From Patescibacteria group bacterium (lineage in GTDB: Bacteria > Patescibacteriota > Patescibacteriia > Patescibacteriales > UBA12465): a stretch of DNA of 52,882 bases. This document shows positions 9,777-19,194 of the stretch, one piece after another. The notes under the pieces were generated by a model. That model did not search any database. It had not been told where the DNA came from and saw nothing but the letters and a program-made list of their open reading frames with translations. The position numbers and the translations under genes are program-made. The first letter of the stretch is position 1; every line of letters starts with the position of its first letter. The stretch covers positions 1-52,882 of the forward strand of contig JBAQCS010000047.1 of NCBI GenBank assembly GCA_049294415.1. Direction: 5' to 3'.

Positions 9777-10187
9777 TTAATAAATTTCACCGATAACTTC
9801 ACCGCCGATTTTCTGAGCTCTAGCTTCTTTATTGGTCATTAAACCTTTAGAAGTAGAAATGATAGCGATACCAAAGTTATTCAGGACTGTAGGGATATTG
9901 TCCTTGTCGACATAAACACGCAGACCTGGCTTGCTGACGCGATTAATCACGTCAATATGACTGCTACCATTTTTCTGGTATTTCAAGGAAATTTTCAATT
10001 GATCAAAACTGCTATGTCTAGCATTTAAACCACCAGCTACGATTTCCGCGTTTTTAATCCAGCCTTCTCTTTCCAATATTTTAGCGATCTCATATTTGAG
10101 TTTGCTCATTGGCATTAGGACTTCGGATTTTTTAACGGCAGAAGCGTTCCGGATGCGTGTGAACATATCTGCGATTGGATCTGTCAT
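9777..10187 (-). CDS. rpsH: 30S ribosomal protein S8
   Basis: MTDPIADMFTRIRNA N-terminus. C-terminus GGEVIGEIY. Confidence 0.95.
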   Translation of the reverse strand: MTDPIADMFTRIRNASAVKKSEVLMPMSKLKYEIAKILEREGWIKNAEIVAGGLNARHSSFDQLKISLKYQKNGSSHIDVINRVSKPGLRVYVDKDNIPTVLNNFGIAIISTSKGLMTNKEARAQKIGGEVIGEIY

Positions 10188-10234
10188 AAAATTTATTTCT
10201 TTATTACTTTATTTACTAAATAATTGGTATCAAA

Positions 10235-10420
10235 TTACCAGCTTGATTTTTTAATACCTGGTAAATCACCATTATCTGCCAATTCCTTGAAACAGATGCG
10301 GCATAAACCGAAGTCACGAATGTAACCATGGTTACGACCACAACGCCAGCAACGGTTAATTTTTCGCGTTGTGAACTTTGGTTTTAGTTTTGCTTTGGCA
10401 ATTAATGCTTTTCTAGCCAT
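10235..10420 (-). CDS. rpsN: 30S ribosomal protein S14, short zinc-binding type Z (61 aa)
   Basis: [20 protein letters not shown] zinc motif. Ends in W. Confidence 0.95.
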   Translation of the reverse strand: MARKALIAKAKLKPKFTTRKINRCWRCGRNHGYIRDFGLCRICFKELADNGDLPGIKKSSW

Positions 10421-10479
10421 ATATTCGTTATATCTACCTAATTTTTATCAGGCAAAAATTAATTACTTTACTAAATATT

Positions 10480-11016
10480 TTATTTCTTAAATGGAAAGCC
10501 GAATTGGTGAAAAAGTTCTAAACCTTCTTCACGATTCTTAGCAGAAGTAGCAATACAAATCTCTAAACCATAGATAGTATCAACATCCTCAGCTTTAATT
10601 TCTGGAAAACAGGAATAATCTTTAATACCGATAGTAATATTACCCTTGTCATCAACATTCTTATCACTGATACCGCGGAAATCGCGTACGCGTGGGAAAG
10701 TGATGTTAACTAATTTCTCAATGAAATCATACATGCGATGATCACGAATTGTTACCATAGCACCAATTGTCATTCCTTCACGAATTTTAAAAGCAGAAAT
10801 AGATTTCTTAGCTTTGGTTAAAACTACTTTTTGACCGCTGATTCTTGTTAAACCGCGTTCAACATTAGCTAAATATTCCTTTTCTTTAGAAAAGCGTCCA
10901 AAACCTACGTTTAAAACTACCTTTTCTAGGCGAGGAACATTGCGCTCATTCTTGTAGCCAAACTTTTCTTGAAGCTTTGGAATGATTTCTTTCTGATATT
11001 TTTCTTTTAATCTCAT
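10480..11016 (-). CDS. rplE: 50S ribosomal protein L5
   Basis: Start moved to the internal Met (MRLKEKYQKEIIPKLQEKFGY), which matches the canonical L5 N-terminus. The longer track ORF (to 11094) would overlap rplX. Confidence 0.9.
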   Translation of the reverse strand: MRLKEKYQKEIIPKLQEKFGYKNERNVPRLEKVVLNVGFGRFSKEKEYLANVERGLTRISGQKVVLTKAKKSISAFKIREGMTIGAMVTIRDHRMYDFIEKLVNITFPRVRDFRGISDKNVDDKGNITIGIKDYSCFPEIKAEDVDTIYGLEICIATSAKNREEGLELFHQFGFPFKK

Positions 11017-11038
11017 AATATTGATCTTGTTAGATTGG

Positions 11039-11359
11039 TTACGCGATAATTTCCTTACACTTCTGGCAAGCACGATATTTCTTAGTCTTACCATTCTCTT
11101 CTACGACCTTATGACTAACTCTAGTAGCCTTGCCGCAAGCTGGGCAAATTAAAGCTACATTAGAAGCGTCAGTAAAAGAAGGAAATTCGATTCTTTGTCC
11201 TTTTTCACCTTCGCGTCTAGGGCGTAAGTGTTTAATCAAAAGATTTAAACCCTCAACACTGACCTTGCTTTCGCGAGGCAAAACTTGTAAGACTTTTCCG
11301 CTTTTTCCTTTGTCTTTGCCGGAAAGCATCTTGATTTTGTCATTTTTCTTGATATTCAT
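11039..11359 (-). CDS. rplX: 50S ribosomal protein L24 (KOW domain plus C-terminal CxxC...CxxC)
   Basis: MNIKKNDKIKMLSGKDKGKSGKVL KOW motif. The C-terminus carries CPACGK...CQKC. Confidence 0.95.
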   Translation of the reverse strand: MNIKKNDKIKMLSGKDKGKSGKVLQVLPRESKVSVEGLNLLIKHLRPRREGEKGQRIEFPSFTDASNVALICPACGKATRVSHKVVEENGKTKKYRACQKCKEIIA

Positions 11360-11386
11360 AAACTTGATTTATTTATCTTAAAAATA

Positions 11387-11761
11387 TTAGAGCACTTCAG
11401 GAGCTAAAGAGGCAATCTTTACAAATCCAGCGCGTCTAACTTCACGAGCAACTGGTCCAAAAATTCTAGAACCTTTAGGATCCTTCTTATCTTTATCAGT
11501 GATAATTACGCAAGCGTTATCATCAAAGCGTAAATAAGAACCATCGGCACGGCGAATTTCTTTTTTAGTGCGGACAATAACAGCCTTAACAACATCACCT
11601 TTTTTAATAGGAGCGTGTGGAGCAGCACTTTTAACTGAAGCAACGATAATGTCACCAACATGAGCATATCTTTTGCGGTAACCGCCTAATACTCTGATGC
11701 ACATCACATTTTTAGCCCCGGAGTTGTCGGCTGCTTTCATTATGGATTGAACTTGAATCAT
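11387..11761 (-). CDS. rplN: 50S ribosomal protein L14
   Basis: [19 protein letters not shown]... and C-terminal SLAPEVL. Confidence 0.95.
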   Translation of the reverse strand: MIQVQSIMKAADNSGAKNVMCIRVLGGYRKRYAHVGDIIVASVKSAAPHAPIKKGDVVKAVIVRTKKEIRRADGSYLRFDDNACVIITDKDKKDPKGSRIFGPVAREVRRAGFVKIASLAPEVL

Positions 11762-11801
11762 ACTTTTAGTCTAATTTATAGGCTTCAAAAGAAGCTAAAA
11801 C

Positions 11802-12128
11802 TTATTTAACAACTCTCCAGCGCTTATCACGACTCATAGGACGGCAACCGATGAAACTTACTTTATCGCCAGTCTTATATTCATTCTTTTCATCATGAAC
11901 TTTGTACTTAGCAGAAGCAGTATATCTCTTCTTGTACTTTGGGTGAATTTTTACGCTTTCGACCTTAACGACAATAGTTTTGTCGCCTTTATCAGAGACA
12001 ACGATGCCAGAAAATTTCTTACGAATAACTTCCTTAACAACTTTTGTCACAGGAGTAACTACTCTTTTAGCCTTAGGGGCCTTAGGTGTAGCTGGCACTT
12101 CCTTTTTGATTGTTTTTTTATCGGCCAT
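11802..12128 (-). CDS. rpsQ: 30S ribosomal protein S17 with a Lys/Pro-rich N-terminal extension
   Basis: Core FSGIVVSDKGDKTIVVKVESVKIHPKYKKR...KTGDKVSFIGCRPMSRDKRWRV. Confidence 0.93.
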   Translation of the reverse strand: MADKKTIKKEVPATPKAPKAKRVVTPVTKVVKEVIRKKFSGIVVSDKGDKTIVVKVESVKIHPKYKKRYTASAKYKVHDEKNEYKTGDKVSFIGCRPMSRDKRWRVVK

Positions 12129-12139
12129 ATTTCTTAAAA

Positions 12140-12328
12140 TTAATCTTTCTTATTATTTAATAAGGTTAAGATGCGAGCAATACCTTGCTTTAACTCTCTA
12201 ATAGAACGAACGTTTTTCAACTGTTTATTAGAATCTTTAAAGCGCAATTCACGCAATCTTTCCTGGGACTCAACCAGAAGCTTGGACAGCTCGGCTGGAG
12301 TCTTGGTTAAAAGTTCTTTGATGTCCAT
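12140..12328 (-). CDS. rpmC: 50S ribosomal protein L29
   Basis: 62 aa with LRELRFKDSNKQLKNVRSIRELKQGIARILT. Lies between rplP and rpsQ. Confidence 0.93.
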   Translation of the reverse strand: MDIKELLTKTPAELSKLLVESQERLRELRFKDSNKQLKNVRSIRELKQGIARILTLLNNKKD

Positions 12329-12342
12329 ATTTTTTAAACTGA

Positions 12343-12756
12343 TTAAACGTTATTTTTGGTAACAAAAGCGCACTTTAAAGGTAATTTGTGAGCAGCAAGT
12401 AACATAGCTGTTTGAGCGGTTGCTTCATCTAGTCCTTCCATTTCAAACATCACAGTTCCTGGCTTAACAATAGCTACATAGTAATCAACAGCACCTTTAC
12501 CTTTACCCATAGGTAGTTCCCCACCATGAGCTGTAACTGGTTTATCCGGAAAGATACGAATCCAAATTTTACCACCTTTCTTCACGTATTTAGTCATCAC
12601 GCGACGAGCAGCTTCAATCTGACGAGAATTAACCCAGCAAGCAGTAGTCGCTTTTAAGCCATAGCTACCAAAAGCTACAGTTAACATACGACTGGCCTTT
12701 CCGCCGCGTCTTCTCTTATGATCTTTACGGTATTTAGTTTTTTTAGGCATTAACAT
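12343..12756 (-). CDS. rplP: 50S ribosomal protein L16
   Basis: MLMPKKTKYRKDHKRRRGG N-terminus and IWIRIFPDKP. Confidence 0.95.
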   Translation of the reverse strand: MLMPKKTKYRKDHKRRRGGKASRMLTVAFGSYGLKATTACWVNSRQIEAARRVMTKYVKKGGKIWIRIFPDKPVTAHGGELPMGKGKGAVDYYVAIVKPGTVMFEMEGLDEATAQTAMLLAAHKLPLKCAFVTKNNV

Positions 12757-12794
12757 ATATATCGTGGAATATTAATTATTCAAAGGGTAAGAAA

Positions 12795-13472
12795 TTAACG
12801 AGCACTTTTCCAAGTCTCTTCTTTTTCTTTTTCAAAAACTTCCCCCTTATAAATCCAAACCTTGATGCCAATAGCACCAAAAGCGGTATGAGCAGCGCCG
12901 CGAGCATAATCAATGTCAGCGCGCAAAGTGTTAAGAGGTACTCTGCCCCAAACTAATTTTTCAGTACGGGCAATTTCAGCACCATTTAAACGACCGCCAA
13001 TAACCACCTTAACACCTAAAGCACCAGAACGTTCAACGCGAGAAATTGCTTGCTTCATAACCTTACGGAAAGGAACGCGTTTTTCAATTTCTAAAGTCAT
13101 TGATTGTACAGCGATTTGAGCTGATAAGCCTGGTCGGCTAACTTCTTTAATGTTTAAAGTAATTTCACCCATTCTAAAGTTCTTTAAGAATTTAGTATGA
13201 ATTTTTTTCTTTAATTCTTCTACACCATTACCACCGCGACCGATTAAAAGTCCTGGTTTAGCAGTCCATAAATCAATTTGGATGCGGTTAATGCTGCGAA
13301 TGATTTCAACCTTATCGACACCGGCCTCTTTGAATTCTTTGATGAAAAAACGACGTACTGAAATGTCTTGAGCGACATTTTTAATATAAGTTTTTCCACT
13401 TTCAAACCAAATCGAATCCCAGCTCTTGGTAATTCCCATTCTAAATATTTTTGGATTTACTTTTTTGCCCAT
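12795..13472 (-). CDS. rpsC: 30S ribosomal protein S3
   Basis: MGKKVNPKIFRMGITKSWDSIWF plus a KH domain LIGRGGNGVEELKK. Confidence 0.95.
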   Translation of the reverse strand: MGKKVNPKIFRMGITKSWDSIWFESGKTYIKNVAQDISVRRFFIKEFKEAGVDKVEIIRSINRIQIDLWTAKPGLLIGRGGNGVEELKKKIHTKFLKNFRMGEITLNIKEVSRPGLSAQIAVQSMTLEIEKRVPFRKVMKQAISRVERSGALGVKVVIGGRLNGAEIARTEKLVWGRVPLNTLRADIDYARGAAHTAFGAIGIKVWIYKGEVFEKEKEETWKSAR

Positions 13473-13507
13473 AGTATAGCGTGTTACAAAATTAAGTATA
13501 TGAAAGA

Positions 13508-14059
13508 TTAACTACCGACTTTGCGGTTAAAAACCTTAGAAGCAAAACCTTTTTCTGGAGCATCGGATTTGGTTTTAGCTTTAGACTTCACTGAAGCAGA
13601 TGCCTCAGTACCCTTATTGGTTTTTTTAGCAGTTTTGACGGTTTGTTTTTCAGCTTCTTTGGATAAATCTTCTAATTTAACTGGTGCTTCAGCTTTAACA
13701 ACTTTCTTTTCATGTTTTCCGCTATCAACTAATTCGCCTAGAGTAACCTGTACATGAGCACCGCGTTTTCTGATAACAGTAGCGCGACCATGAGCCTTAG
13801 GCATCCAGCGTTTTAAGGTTGTTCCTTCATCAGAACGAATTTCCTTAATAAATAAGTTGTTGCGATCAACACCGTAAGTGTTAACACCGTTAGCAATTGC
13901 TGATTCAATCATTTTAATAACTGGGTCAGTTGCTTTCTTATTGGTAAATTTGAGTTGAGCTAAAGCCTTGTCAACTGGCATTTTGCGCACCAAATCAATC
14001 ACTAGGCGCACCTTGCGAGGAGACATTCTCAAATCATTAATACTAGCTTTAATTTCCAT
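13508..14059 (-). CDS. rplV: 50S ribosomal protein L22 with a roughly 70-aa Lys/Ala-rich C-terminal extension
   Basis: LRMSPRKVRLVIDLVRKMPVDKALAQLKF core. The tail is KVVKAEAPVKLEDLSKEAEKQTVKTAKK... Confidence 0.95.
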   Translation of the reverse strand: MEIKASINDLRMSPRKVRLVIDLVRKMPVDKALAQLKFTNKKATDPVIKMIESAIANGVNTYGVDRNNLFIKEIRSDEGTTLKRWMPKAHGRATVIRKRGAHVQVTLGELVDSGKHEKKVVKAEAPVKLEDLSKEAEKQTVKTAKKTNKGTEASASVKSKAKTKSDAPEKGFASKVFNRKVGS

Positions 14060-14081
14060 AAATTTTTGAACTTAATGCTTC

Positions 14082-14366
14082 TTATTTACTTTTAGCTTGA
14101 GCCTTAGCTACCTTACCGCCGTGTGAAATAAATTTACGAGTTGGAGCAAATTCACCTAAACAATGTCCAACCATGTTCTCCACTACGTAAACTGGTAAGT
14201 GGGTCTTGCCGTTATGGACAGCAATAGTGATACCAACCATTTCAGGAGTGATAGAGCAAGCGCGATCCCAAACTTTGATAACAGTTTTTTCGCCAGGTTT
14301 CAAAGCCTGAACTTTTTTCAGGATGCGAGCATTGACGTATGGTCCTTTTTTCAAACTTCTCGACAT
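14082..14366 (-). CDS. rpsS: 30S ribosomal protein S19
   Basis: [11 protein letters not shown]...[30 protein letters not shown]. Confidence 0.95.
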   Translation of the reverse strand: MSRSLKKGPYVNARILKKVQALKPGEKTVIKVWDRACSITPEMVGITIAVHNGKTHLPVYVVENMVGHCLGEFAPTRKFISHGGKVAKAQAKSK

Positions 14367-14386
14367 AGTATTTATTGCTTAAATAA

Positions 14387-15223
14387 TTATTTTCTCTTAG
14401 CTCTTCCTTTGATGATGAGCTTATTAGAAGACTTTTTCTTTCTAGTCTTAACACCGTAGGCTTTCTTACCCCATTTAGTCTTAGGGAAACGTAAACCAAT
14501 TGATTGGTTACCTTCACCACCACCATGAGGGTGATCATTAGGATTCATGGCAGTACCACGGACTGTTGGGCGAATACCAAGTAAACGGCTGCGACCAGCT
14601 TTACCTAATTTCATGTGACGATCATCAGGATTACTAGCTTGACCAACTGTACATAGACAGTCTTTCTTCACCAAGCGAATTTCACCTGATGGAAGTTTAA
14701 TCTGAGCATACTTCCCTTCAACGCCCATGACATTAGCACTATTACCAGCTCCTCTGGCAATTTTAGCACCGCGTCCTGGATCTAATTCAATATTATAAAT
14801 TGCAACACCAGCCGGAATAAACTTCACAGGCATAGCGTTACCGTTTTTAATTTCTACTAACTCTTTAGAGCTAACAATTTTATCACCAACTTTTAGGCCA
14901 ACTGAAGAAACAATATATCTCTTTTCACCATCAGCATAGTTTAAAAGGGCAATTCTAGCACCGCGTCCTGGATCGTATTCAATAGAAGCAACTGTGGCTG
15001 GAACGCCATATTTGTCGCGTTTGAAGTCGATTAGACGAATGAAGCGCTTAACACCGCCGCCTTTATGTCTAGTTGTGATTTTACCAGAGCTATTTCTTCC
15101 GCCAGTTTTCTTTTTGATAACAATCAAAGATTTTTCCGGTTTACTTTTAGTTAAATCGGCGAAATCGTCGAAGGTAGCATGTCTGCGGCCAGGAGTGGTT
15201 GGTTTTACTTTTTTGATTCCCAT
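14387..15223 (-). CDS. rplB: 50S ribosomal protein L2
   Basis: [36 protein letters not shown]. Confidence 0.97.
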   Translation of the reverse strand: MGIKKVKPTTPGRRHATFDDFADLTKSKPEKSLIVIKKKTGGRNSSGKITTRHKGGGVKRFIRLIDFKRDKYGVPATVASIEYDPGRGARIALLNYADGEKRYIVSSVGLKVGDKIVSSKELVEIKNGNAMPVKFIPAGVAIYNIELDPGRGAKIARGAGNSANVMGVEGKYAQIKLPSGEIRLVKKDCLCTVGQASNPDDRHMKLGKAGRSRLLGIRPTVRGTAMNPNDHPHGGGEGNQSIGLRFPKTKWGKKAYGVKTRKKKSSNKLIIKGRAKRK

Positions 15224-15254
15224 AGGTATGTTGCTAAAGTTTCAAAATTATTTT

Positions 15255-15719
15255 TTAAACGCCTTCGTAAATCTGGATACTGTCACCTTTCTTCAAAGTA
15301 ACAATGGCCTTCTTTACATCACTGCGTTTTCCCTTAATACGTCCGCGAGAAACAGCTTTACCTTTAACGCAAACAATATTAACAGAAACTGGTTTTACAC
15401 CGTAAACGGCAGTAATTGCTTTAGCTACTTCCACTTTATTGGAATTAGCAGATACTACGAAAACATATTTATTTAAAGCGCCGAAATTAGCAGCTTTTTC
15501 TGTAACTAGTGGTTTAACTAAAACGCGGTGAGCACCTACAAATTTAGTAGCAGTAGATTTTTTAACGCTAGAATTTTCAGTACCAGCATATAAATCATCC
15601 ATTTTAGCTACTTTAGGAGTAGCTTTTACTGCAGCTTTTTTAGGAGCAGGAGCTTTTTTAGCTGTAGCTTTTTTAGCATCAGCCGCATCTTTTGTCATTT
15701 TATTTCCAAATATAGCCAT
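15255..15719 (-). CDS. rplW: 50S ribosomal protein L23 with a roughly 55-aa Lys/Ala-rich N-terminal extension
   Basis: Core LVKPLVTEKAANFGALNKYVFVVSANSNKVEVAKAI. The N-terminus is DAADAKKATAKKAPAPKKAAVKATPK. Confidence 0.93.
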   Translation of the reverse strand: MAIFGNKMTKDAADAKKATAKKAPAPKKAAVKATPKVAKMDDLYAGTENSSVKKSTATKFVGAHRVLVKPLVTEKAANFGALNKYVFVVSANSNKVEVAKAITAVYGVKPVSVNIVCVKGKAVSRGRIKGKRSDVKKAIVTLKKGDSIQIYEGV

Positions 15720-15730
15720 ATTGATATCGA

Positions 15731-16372
15731 TTATTTATATCTCTCTTCCAAGATTTTAACCGCTGCTTCAGTAAGCATTAGGTTCTTATACTTGATAAGA
15801 TCGACGACATTGATGTTTTCCAAGTTGATTATTTCAACACCTTTCAAATTACGAGCTGAATATCTTACTTTTTCATCCTTAGATTCATTAATAACTAAGA
15901 TGTTGCGTCTGTCTGTGTTTAAAACTTTTGTTTCACAAGCAAGTAAAATTTCATTAAATTGCTTAGTTTTAAATTCAGTCATTTGTAAAGCGTCTAAGAT
16001 AACTAGGTTATTGTTAGCAGCTTTATCGGATAAGGCCATAAAAATTGCCTTTTGCTTCATCTTTTTGTTAATTTTCTTGGAGAAATTTCTGTCGCTGGTT
16101 GGACCAAAAGTCACACCACCACCGATCCAAATTGGAGAACGAGAAGAACCAACACGAGCGCGACCAGTACCTTTTTGTTTCCAAGGTTTTTTACCACCAC
16201 CTCTAACCTCACTGCGGTCTTTAGTGTCAGCTAAAACTTGACGTTCATTAGCCATCTGAGCAACAACTGCTTGATGTAATAATTCTGGATTAGTTTTAAC
16301 GCCAAAAATCTTGTCGGATAATTCTAGGTCGTGAGCGAATTCAGCTGATTGATTGTAAACTTTTATTTTCAT
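15731..16372 (-). CDS. rplD: 50S ribosomal protein L4
   Basis: TKDRSEVRGGGKKPWKQKGTGRARVGSSRSPIWIGGGVTFGP. Confidence 0.95.
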   Translation of the reverse strand: MKIKVYNQSAEFAHDLELSDKIFGVKTNPELLHQAVVAQMANERQVLADTKDRSEVRGGGKKPWKQKGTGRARVGSSRSPIWIGGGVTFGPTSDRNFSKKINKKMKQKAIFMALSDKAANNNLVILDALQMTEFKTKQFNEILLACETKVLNTDRRNILVINESKDEKVRYSARNLKGVEIINLENINVVDLIKYKNLMLTEAAVKILEERYK

Positions 16373-16398
16373 AGTTTTTCACTTAAATGTTCAAACTT

Positions 16399-17211
16399 TT
16401 ATTTTGTATCTTCGGTAACAGTTGCTTCTGGAGCGCTTTCAGTTGGAGTTTCCTCAACTTGTTCAGCTACTACTTCTTCAACAGTACCTTCAGCTTGTTC
16501 TTCGCTGGCTTCGACCGGAGCCTCGATTTTTTCTTCTACTACTTCTTCGGCGATTGGTTCAACAACTTCAGCTACAGGAGCTGGAATGTTAAATTTCAAT
16601 TCACCTTGTCCCTTAATCATTAAGAAGCCGTTAATAGCACCAGGAATAGCACCCTTAATAAATAGAACGTTATTTTCCTCATCAACTTTAACAATTTCTA
16701 AATTCTTTACAGTCACTCTTTCATTACCCATGCGACCTGGCATGCGAGTATTTTTGAAAACGTGAGCTGGACCTTTACAACCGATAGATCCACCCATACG
16801 AAGTTGATCTTTATTACCGTGTGATTTGCGTCCACCTGCAAAATGATGACGTTTAACTACACCTTGAAAACCTTTACCTTTAGAAGTACCAGTTACATCA
16901 ATAGAATCACCAGCTTCAAAAGTAGCAACAGTTATAACATCACCGACCTTAGCGTCTTTAACCTCAGCACGAAATTCACGTACCTTAGCTGGTTTAACAC
17001 CGGCAGCCTTAAAATGTCCTAATTGTGGTTTTTTAATATTCTTTTCTTTTCTATTACCATATGCAACCTGAAGAGCCTCATAAGTATCAGTATTCTTAGT
17101 CTTCACTTGCGTAACGGTGCAAGGTCCAGCCAAAACCGGAGTGACGGCCATCACCTTGTCGTTTGCCCAAATTTGGGTCATCTGCATTTTTTTTCCTAAA
17201 ATAAATTTCAT
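16399..17211 (-). CDS. rplC: 50S ribosomal protein L3 with a roughly 65-aa acidic Glu/Val/Ala/Pro-rich C-terminal tail
   Basis: Start set at MKFILGKKMQMTQIW, the canonical L3 N-terminus. The track ORF start at 17250 lies inside a terminator-like hairpin. The tail is PAPVAEVVEPIAEEVVEEKIEAPVEASEEQAEGTVEEVVAEQVEETPTESAPEATVTEDTK. Confidence 0.92.
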   Translation of the reverse strand: MKFILGKKMQMTQIWANDKVMAVTPVLAGPCTVTQVKTKNTDTYEALQVAYGNRKEKNIKKPQLGHFKAAGVKPAKVREFRAEVKDAKVGDVITVATFEAGDSIDVTGTSKGKGFQGVVKRHHFAGGRKSHGNKDQLRMGGSIGCKGPAHVFKNTRMPGRMGNERVTVKNLEIVKVDEENNVLFIKGAIPGAINGFLMIKGQGELKFNIPAPVAEVVEPIAEEVVEEKIEAPVEASEEQAEGTVEEVVAEQVEETPTESAPEATVTEDTK

Positions 17212-17220
17212 ATGCTTTAA

Positions 17221-17248
17221 AACAAAAAAACTGGTATTTAGACCAGCC
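17221..17248 (-). terminator. terminator/attenuator-like hairpin 14 nt upstream of the rplC start
   Basis: Minus RNA: GCUGGU-CUAAAU-ACCAGU followed by UUUUUUGUUUU. It lies within a 204-nt rpsJ-rplC spacer. Confidence 0.45.
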
Positions 17249-17415
17249 AAAAAAGAAAAACAAATACTTTGTATTAAAAAGTTGATTTTTGTTTAATTTG
17301 ACCGTCTACCTCCCGTTTTCAGGTTAATTCAGATTCTGGCACTTTCCTAAAATATCTTTAAGAGTTACGCGAACCGTCCTCCAACCCTATTCTTGTATAA
17401 AATTACTTCTTTAGT

Positions 17416-17748
17416 TTACTGCATTTTTATTTCCACGTCAACACCTGCTGGAAGATTTAAACCAGTTAGGTCTTCAATAGTCTTTGCATTTGGATCAACA
17501 ATGTCAATAATGCGTTTGTGAATTCTCATCTCATATTGGTCTCTAGCATCCTTGTGAACGAAAGTGGAACGATTAACAGTGTACTTTCTCTTTTCAGTTG
17601 GAAGTGGAATTGGACCAAAAAACTGAGCATCGCTACGTTCAATAGTTTCAACGATAGTCTTTGTAGACTGATCAATGATTTTATGATCAAACGCTTTGAT
17701 CTTGATACGAATCTTTTGTTTAAACTCTTCTTTTTTGTTTTCAGACAT
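17416..17748 (-). CDS. rpsJ: 30S ribosomal protein S10
   Basis: [40 protein letters not shown]. Start taken at MSENKK (alternative start 17763). Confidence 0.93.
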   Translation of the reverse strand: MSENKKEEFKQKIRIKIKAFDHKIIDQSTKTIVETIERSDAQFFGPIPLPTEKRKYTVNRSTFVHKDARDQYEMRIHKRIIDIVDPNAKTIEDLTGLNLPAGVDVEIKMQ

Positions 17749-17859
17749 AATATCTTGCCTCATGCAAAGTCAAAAGCAAAATTACTTGATTACGCGAGTC
17801 AAACGTAATATTAATAAGTATTTTGTAGAGCTTTGAAGACTAATACACTTTAGCTTTTT

Positions 17860-17902
17860 AAAATAAACACAATTGGCCCGCCCTCTGTGAGGAGAGCAGG
17901 CC
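17860..17902 (-). terminator. GC-rich hairpin plus U-rich tail after tuf (probably a partial terminator)
   Basis: Minus RNA: GGCCUGCUCUC-CUCACA-GAGGGCGGGCC, an 11-bp stem with two G.U pairs, followed by AAUUGUGUUUAUUUU. Confidence 0.55.
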
Positions 17903-17913
17903 TATGTACCTAT

Positions 17914-19101
17914 TTATTTCATGATTTTAACTACCACGCCGGCGCCAACAGTGCGGCCACCTTCACGAATAGCAAATCTTTGTTTTTCTTCCAAAGCTAC
18001 TGGAGAAATTAATTTAACCTTTAAATTAACTGTATCACCAGGCATAACCATTTCAGTTCCATCTGGTAATTCGATTTCACCAGTTACATCAGTAGTTCTG
18101 ATATAGAATTGTGGCTTGTAACCCTTGAAAAATGGCTTGTGTCTTCCACCTTCATCCTTAGATAAGATGTAAACTTCAGCTTCAAATTCAGTGTGAGGAG
18201 TAACAGAACCTGGCTTACAAAGAACTTGTCCTCTTTCGATTTCATTTTTCTTTGTACCGCGAAGTAATAAACCAGCATTGTCACCAGCTTGTCCTTGATC
18301 TAAAGACTTGTTGAACATTTCAACACCAGTAACTGTAGTTTTTTTAGTATCCATTAAACCAACAATTTCTACTTCTTCACCAACTTTGATGATACCTCTT
18401 TCAATTCTACCAGTAACAACAGTTCCGCGACCTTCAATTGAGAAAATATCTTCAACTGGCATTAAGAATGGGTGATCAATATCACGAGCTGGAGTTGGGA
18501 TGTATTCGTCAACAGCCTTCATAAGTTCCATGATTGGAGCTGCATCAGGACCTGTTGGGTTCTCTAAAGCCTTTAAAGCTGAACCACGAATAATTGGAGT
18601 AGCGTCTCCTGGGAATTCATATTTCTTTAATAAATCACGAATTTCTTCTTCAACAAGGTCAATTAATTCCTTGTCTTCAACCATATCGCATTTGTTTAAG
18701 AAAACAAGGATATAAGGAATACCAACTTGTCTTGCTAAAATAATGTGTTCACGAGTTTGAGGCATAGGTCCATCAGTAGCAGATACTACTAAGATAGCAC
18801 CATCCATTTGAGCAGCACCAGTGATCATGTTCTTAACATAATCAGCGTGACCTGGACAATCAACGTGAGCATAGTGTCTAGCTGCGGATTCGTATTCAAC
18901 GTGAGCAGTAGCAATGGTAATACCACGAGCTTTTTCTTCTGGAGCAGAGTCGATTTCATTTACGCCTTTATGAGAAGCGCTCATACCTGCTGCACCAAAT
19001 ACTGCTAACATAGCAGCTGTTAAAGTAGTTTTTCCGTGGTCAACGTGGCCAATTGTACCAATGTTGACGTGTGGTTTGGAACGATCAAATTTTTCTGCCA
19101 T
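17914..19101 (-). CDS. tuf: elongation factor Tu
   Basis: [27 protein letters not shown] motifs. 395 aa. Confidence 0.98.
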   Translation of the reverse strand: MAEKFDRSKPHVNIGTIGHVDHGKTTLTAAMLAVFGAAGMSASHKGVNEIDSAPEEKARGITIATAHVEYESAARHYAHVDCPGHADYVKNMITGAAQMDGAILVVSATDGPMPQTREHIILARQVGIPYILVFLNKCDMVEDKELIDLVEEEIRDLLKKYEFPGDATPIIRGSALKALENPTGPDAAPIMELMKAVDEYIPTPARDIDHPFLMPVEDIFSIEGRGTVVTGRIERGIIKVGEEVEIVGLMDTKKTTVTGVEMFNKSLDQGQAGDNAGLLLRGTKKNEIERGQVLCKPGSVTPHTEFEAEVYILSKDEGGRHKPFFKGYKPQFYIRTTDVTGEIELPDGTEMVMPGDTVNLKVKLISPVALEEKQRFAIREGGRTVGAGVVVKIMK

Positions 19102-19194
19102 TTTGTTTGTATACGGCCCCCGCTAGGGGTTTTCTCCTTCAAAGAGGAAACCAGCCGTCGTAAATTAATTATTTTATTATAAATTAAATAAAAA

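Noticed and set aside
11017-11094. Upstream extensions of rplE (to 11094), rplC (to 17250), rpsG (to 22216) and rpsJ (to 17763)
   Set aside because: Internal Met codons reproduce the canonical N-termini. The extensions overlap the preceding gene (rplE) or a terminator-like hairpin (rplC), or add non-conserved residues.
14242-14538. 98-aa minus-strand ORF spanning the rplB/rpsS junction
   Set aside because: It is an alternative frame overlapping two strongly conserved r-protein genes, with no independent signals.
16349-16765. 138-aa plus-strand ORF (plus the 78-aa ORF at 16387-16623) antisense to the rplC 3' end
   Set aside because: It is the mirror image of the L3 acidic low-complexity tail (GAA/GTT repeats read as Ser/Thr/Ala/Phe runs). 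It has no promoter or start context, and the conserved L3 frame explains the region.
17266-17400. The two GGAGG motifs in the rpsJ-rplC spacer as Shine-Dalgarno sites of hidden small ORFs
   Set aside because: No ATG/GTG/TTG lies within 4-12 nt downstream of either motif, and the spacer contains no ATG on the minus strand.
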